Shown one piece after another: positions 59,609 to 64,000 of a stretch of DNA of 64,000 bases. A program made the position numbers and the translations under genes. Under the pieces are notes generated by a model. It had not been told where the DNA came from. It did not search any database and saw only the letters and a program-made list of their open reading frames with translations. Numbering within the stretch: the first letter of the stretch is position 1; each line of letters opens with the position of its first letter. The stretch lies in IMG/VR virus record IMGVR_UViG_3300010158_000027, positions 62,001 to 126,000 of that record. One strand, written 5' to 3'.

Positions 59609-62509
59609 ATGGTTGAGCAAGAAGAAATTGTAAGCTTTTTACATGGCGAAGACGATGAAAAATACATTGTCGCATTAGAATACGATTATAGATCGGATAA
59701 AATATTTAAAGTAATCCAAGACCCAATCAAGGGTAAGCTTTTGAGAATGGACACGTTTACCCCATTCGCATGGGTTGGCGATTTAAAAGAGAAAAACTTT
59801 TATAAGGGTAGCAAGGAATTCCAAAAAAAGGCAATGTCTGAAAACGGCATCATCATAGAAAAATTATTGGATCACGGAGACGAAAGACTAAAAAATGGAT
59901 TAACGTTTTTAGTAAAAACCACAAAATCATATTCAAATCTTGTAAACTTTTTTAAAGGTGGAGGTTTAGATCCGTGGGATAGAGAGAATTCAGACGCAAT
60001 TACAATACTATCTCCTGTTGAACAATACCTAATACAAAAAAATAAAAGACTTTTTAAAGGGTTCGATGAGTATGATGAAATACATAGATTCGTATTCGAT
60101 ATTGAAACCACAGGGTTAGATCCAAAAACAAGCAAGATGTTTTTAATTGGGATGAAAGACAATCGTGGTTTTATAAAATTGTTGTCGGCACAAAATGAAG
60201 AGGAGGAAAGACAAATGATTATCGAATTTTTTGAGACTATCGATAAACTAAAACCTTCACTTGTGGGTGGGTACAACTCGGCATTTTTCGATTTCCCATA
60301 CATTCTAAAACGTGCGGAAATATTAAAACTAAACATTAAAAAAATCGCAAAGACTTTAAACCCTGACTACTCTTTAAAACAAAAAGATGGGATGTTAAAG
60401 TTGGCAAATGAAATGGAACCATACGTTCAAACACAAATGTGGGGTTACAACATTATCGATATTGCTCACGCAGTTCGTAGAGCACAAGCAATCAATTCAG
60501 ACATTAAAAGTTGGTCGTTAAAGTACATCACCAAGTTTATTGAAGCAGAAAGAGAGAATCGTGTGTATGTGGATGGAGATAAGATTGGTAAAATTTATTT
60601 TGACAATGAAGAGTATTGGATGAATAAAGAAAACGGTAACTACAAAAAAGTTGGGTTTAACGAAAAAATAGATGACATTTGTTCAAGAAGAGATGACATT
60701 TACACCAAAACAACTGGATCAAAAATCATTGAGGGGTATCTCGACGACGATTTATATGAAACTATGGTTGTTGATGAACAGTTTAATCAAGCGAACTTTT
60801 TGCTTTCAAAATTAGTACCCACAACCTATGAACGATTATCAACAATGGGTACGGCAACGTTATGGAAGATGATTATGTGTGCTTGGTCGTATAAAAACAA
60901 TTTGGCGCTACCGAGAAAAAAAGAGAAACGTAAATTCACGGGGGGACTTTCTCGTTTGGTTCAGGTTGGGTATTCGAGAAACGTTTTAAAGCTCGATTAC
61001 TCGTCACTTTACCCATCAATCCAATTGGTTCACGATATATTTCCAGCATGTGATGTAACGGGGGCGATGAAAAGTATGTTAAAGTATTTCCGTGATACTC
61101 GTATTAAATACAAAAACTTGGCTGAAGAGTATAAAACAATAGACATGAAGGCGTCCATTTCGTACAATAGAAAGCAATTACCAATTAAAATATTTATCAA
61201 CGCATTTTTTGGTTCGTTGTCAGCTCCACATGTATTTCCGTGGGGGGATATCGATATGGGTGAACAAATCACATGTACGGGTAGACAATATCTTCGTCAG
61301 ATGATTATGTACTTTACGAATCGGGGGTATGTTCCATTGGTAATGGATACGGATGGTGTGAATTTTGAAACTCCACCAGATAGAGAATCATACACATATG
61401 TAGGGAAGGGACTAAACGAATTGGTGGTTGAGGGTAAAGAGTATACGGGTTCGGCAGCTGACGTTGCGGAATATAATGACTTGTTTATGAGAGATGAAAT
61501 GGGGCTCGATATCGACGGTGTGTGGCCGGCAACCATTAACGTGGCACGTAAAAACTACGCATTACTTACTGACAAGGGTAAAGTAAAACTTACAGGTAAC
61601 TCCATTAAATCTAAAAAACTTCAAACCTATGTTGCGGAATTTTTGGATAAAGGACTTAGAATGTTACTCGACGGTAAGGGTGGTGAATTTTTAGATTTTT
61701 ACTACGAGTACGTTAGTAAAATCTACAATAAAGAAATCCCACTATCTAAGATGGCAAACAAGGCGAGAGTAAAACAATCTGTTAGTGATTATAAAATTCA
61801 CGTCACAAAAACGACAAGATCTGGAAGTTTAATGTCAAGACAAGCTCACATGGAACTTTTAATTAATTTAGGTAAAAATCCTGGTTTAGGGGATACCATC
61901 TTTTATGTTAACAACGGTGAAAAAAAATCACATGGTGATGTGCAAAGAAAGACGACTAAAATGACTAAAAAACAAATAGACGACTACATGACTATTCACG
62001 GAGCGGTTCCTGTGGGAATGTTATCAAAAAGTGAAATTATTTTAAATTGTTATTTGATTGATGAAAAAGAAATAGAAAACAATCCCGACTTATTGGGGGA
62101 TTATAACGTACCAAGATATTTGGCAGCATTTAATAAAAGGATCGAACCATTACTTGTAGTTTATTCTCCTGAAATAAGAAAGGACATTTTAATTGAGGAT
62201 CCAAAAGACCAACCGATATTCACTAAATCACAAACTGAATTAGGTAGAGGATTCCCAATGAAAGAAAAAGATCAGGACATGATAGATGAGGTATTAACTT
62301 TATCGGACATGGAGATTAATTTTTGGCAAACTGTCGGAATCGATCCTTATTATATGTATATAGATGATACCATCAACTTAGTCGATATTGGGAGGGTTAA
62401 CCATAATAGAGAATTAATGAATAAGGTGACTAAAGTTGCGAAGGTAGATTCCGACGAATATTATGAGTTCGACGTAGATGGGGATTTAATTTCTTTAATA
62501 CACGATTAA
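59609..62509 (+). CDS. polB: family B DNA polymerase
   Basis: Exo I FDIETTG, Exo II GYNSAFFDFPYI, Pol A DYSSLYPS, Pol B KIFINAFFG, Pol C DTDG; ATG 59609 preferred over GTG 59573. Confidence 0.95.
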   Translation: MVEQEEIVSFLHGEDDEKYIVALEYDYRSDKIFKVIQDPIKGKLLRMDTFTPFAWVGDLKEKNFYKGSKEFQKKAMSENGIIIEKLLDHGDERLKNGLTFLVKTTKSYSNLVNFFKGGGLDPWDRENSDAITILSPVEQYLIQKNKRLFKGFDEYDEIHRFVFDIETTGLDPKTSKMFLIGMKDNRGFIKLLSAQNEEEERQMIIEFFETIDKLKPSLVGGYNSAFFDFPYILKRAEILKLNIKKIAKTLNPDYSLKQKDGMLKLANEMEPYVQTQMWGYNIIDIAHAVRRAQAINSDIKSWSLKYITKFIEAERENRVYVDGDKIGKIYFDNEEYWMNKENGNYKKVGFNEKIDDICSRRDDIYTKTTGSKIIEGYLDDDLYETMVVDEQFNQANFLLSKLVPTTYERLSTMGTATLWKMIMCAWSYKNNLALPRKKEKRKFTGGLSRLVQVGYSRNVLKLDYSSLYPSIQLVHDIFPACDVTGAMKSMLKYFRDTRIKYKNLAEEYKTIDMKASISYNRKQLPIKIFINAFFGSLSAPHVFPWGDIDMGEQITCTGRQYLRQMIMYFTNRGYVPLVMDTDGVNFETPPDRESYTYVGKGLNELVVEGKEYTGSAADVAEYNDLFMRDEMGLDIDGVWPATINVARKNYALLTDKGKVKLTGNSIKSKKLQTYVAEFLDKGLRMLLDGKGGEFLDFYYEYVSKIYNKEIPLSKMANKARVKQSVSDYKIHVTKTTRSGSLMSRQAHMELLINLGKNPGLGDTIFYVNNGEKKSHGDVQRKTTKMTKKQIDDYMTIHGAVPVGMLSKSEIILNCYLIDEKEIENNPDLLGDYNVPRYLAAFNKRIEPLLVVYSPEIRKDILIEDPKDQPIFTKSQTELGRGFPMKEKDQDMIDEVLTLSDMEINFWQTVGIDPYYMYIDDTINLVDIGRVNHNRELMNKVTKVAKVDSDEYYEFDVDGDLISLIHD

Positions 62510-62838
62510 GAGTCCTTCATACCATCAGAAGAAAGTATATACCAAAAGGATCCTATGAACATAAATTCAACACAGGATCCTTTTGTTAATTCTACCTCAT
62601 TAAATTCCTCATCTATTAATTCCTTTGATTTAACTAAAACGTTTGTTAATGCTTTAATTACTATGTGATCGGTACTTGTTGAGTCCAAATAGATAGTACA
62701 ATTGTCAATACCCTTAATAATTAACGCATATTCGCCGTTAGTAGTATACGACTCATTAGTTACAATTGCGGATTCAGAGGTTTCAACCTCATGCCCGTTA
62801 ATGATCCTTTTAGATGGGATTGATCTAAATATTGCCAT
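62506..62838 (-). CDS. hypothetical beta-rich protein
   Basis: 110-aa ORF downstream of the neck gene. Confidence 0.7.
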   Translation of the reverse strand: MAIFRSIPSKRIINGHEVETSESAIVTNESYTTNGEYALIIKGIDNCTIYLDSTSTDHIVIKALTNVLVKSKELIDEEFNEVELTKGSCVEFMFIGSFWYILSSDGMKDS

Positions 62839-62844
62839 AAAAAG

Positions 62845-63963
62845 TTATATGATGTTATACGGACTTTGGAATGCCCTAAATTTCAATAGTTTATTAAGGT
62901 TTTCGGCTTGTAATGCCTTTTGTTCCATTTGTTTTTCGGGTCTTAACCTTTCTAATCTGAGCCTTAGTTCTTCAGTTAGTGATACTTTTTCATCTTTCGC
63001 TTCAGTTTGTAATGTGGTATATTCTAAAGTTAATTCAGAATCGGGAGTTTTTAAGTTACCGCTATATTTACCCCTAACTCTTGCCAAGGCTTCTTTACAA
63101 TATGCAGTAAACCACCTTCTAACCCAAGTTTGTCCTGGTGAATTCAATTCGTCCCATTTCATCTCATCAATAGGGACATCGGATGGTAGTCGCACAATGT
63201 CTGGATTTTTTGCCAAACAATCAGCTCTATCGTTTGTTTCATAATACCAATACCATACTTTATATCCTTTATTTTTCATATTTCCAAAATCGAATTTACC
63301 ACCAGGGGTATTCATTAAATGGATTGCTTTTTTTCCTTCAGGTAGCGCAGTAATTCTATACGTTAACTCGCCGGTGATAATCCTTCGTTTCATGCTGATA
63401 TCCGACATCCTTAAAAGGATATCAAATGCTGGTGTCACAAAATAGTTTCCTGAAGTTCCCATTTGTGAGAACCCAGCACCACCACCAAGTCCAACACCAC
63501 CTGCTCCACCAAAACCACCCATGAATGGGTCGAAATATGCAGCATCCAATTCAGAACGACTGAACCATAACAATTCGTTAATTTCTCTACCTGCCGGCAC
63601 CTCGTATATTTGTTGATTGGGTATTAAATCGATATAATCCTTTTTTAATACGTAATCACCACCCGTTTGTAGTCCGACGATTTTAGAATATGCGTAGGTA
63701 TATTGGGTTTCCCAATCCATACTTCTGGTGGTTAAAGCCCTTGTTAATGATTGCTCATCTAAATTTAAACCATATAGAGACGACCACTGACTTTCAATTA
63801 GCCAGTCATTAACATATTGAGCATAATCTTGGATGGACATTTCTAAAAGGGAGTCCATCATTTCGTCCTCTATTTCGACAGAACGTAAAGGGGCACCCAA
63901 AAGATGTTTAATTCTTTTATATAATTTACTTCTTTCAGGTTCTTGGATTATTATAGTAGACAT
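62845..63963 (-). CDS. gp13: neck protein, T4 gp13-like
   Basis: IKHLLGAP...VEI...D...SIQDY and WVRRWFTAYCK...RGKYSG...L...A..E match gp13-type ends. Confidence 0.7.
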   Translation of the reverse strand: MSTIIIQEPERSKLYKRIKHLLGAPLRSVEIEDEMMDSLLEMSIQDYAQYVNDWLIESQWSSLYGLNLDEQSLTRALTTRSMDWETQYTYAYSKIVGLQTGGDYVLKKDYIDLIPNQQIYEVPAGREINELLWFSRSELDAAYFDPFMGGFGGAGGVGLGGGAGFSQMGTSGNYFVTPAFDILLRMSDISMKRRIITGELTYRITALPEGKKAIHLMNTPGGKFDFGNMKNKGYKVWYWYYETNDRADCLAKNPDIVRLPSDVPIDEMKWDELNSPGQTWVRRWFTAYCKEALARVRGKYSGNLKTPDSELTLEYTTLQTEAKDEKVSLTEELRLRLERLRPEKQMEQKALQAENLNKLLKFRAFQSPYNII

Positions 63964-64000
63964 AAAGATATTTTTAATATAAATATCATCTACCTTTAAA

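Noticed and set aside
59609-62509. Intein or group I intron in polB, terminase or MCP
   Set aside because: No Cys...His-Asn boundaries or frame breaks; conserved motifs are contiguous
1-64000. Alternative genetic code (stop-codon reassignment seen in some huge phages)
   Set aside because: Core genes are full length in code 11, and TAA, TAG and TGA all occur as real stops; no suppressor tRNA seen

Overview
This window is part of a very large, AT-rich, T4-like (myovirus-type) phage genome. No cellular housekeeping genes are present. The host is most likely in Bacteroidota, inferred from T9SS-type cargo genes, A-rich leaders without Shine-Dalgarno sites, and TTTG-N20-TAnnTTT promoters. The core module is terminase gp17, portal gp20 (interrupted by a 320-aa HNH intein), protease gp21, scaffold gp22 and major capsid gp23. 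Also present are a gp5-like hub, a gp55-like late sigma factor, family B DNA polymerase, a gp13-like neck protein, PhoH, dUTPase and two tRNAs (Ser-UGA, Ala-UGC). Three accessory islands stand out. (1) 13.9-20.3 kb: four signal-peptide genes resembling Bacteroidota T9SS/SprB adhesins; two lack a sorting domain and end in the same I-x-H-N tail. (2) 28.6-43.8 kb: a glycosylation island with about ten glycosyltransferase-like genes, a sugar-modifying trio, an FkbM methylase and visible scars of gene replacement. (3) 46.6-57.9 kb: a fibre/adhesin region with a long Ala-rich coiled-coil repeat protein, two LRR paralogues that vary only on the binding face, a KLRVKGV tag shared by three neighbouring proteins, and a DUF2827-like gene. 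All family assignments come from motif recognition by eye; no database search was run.
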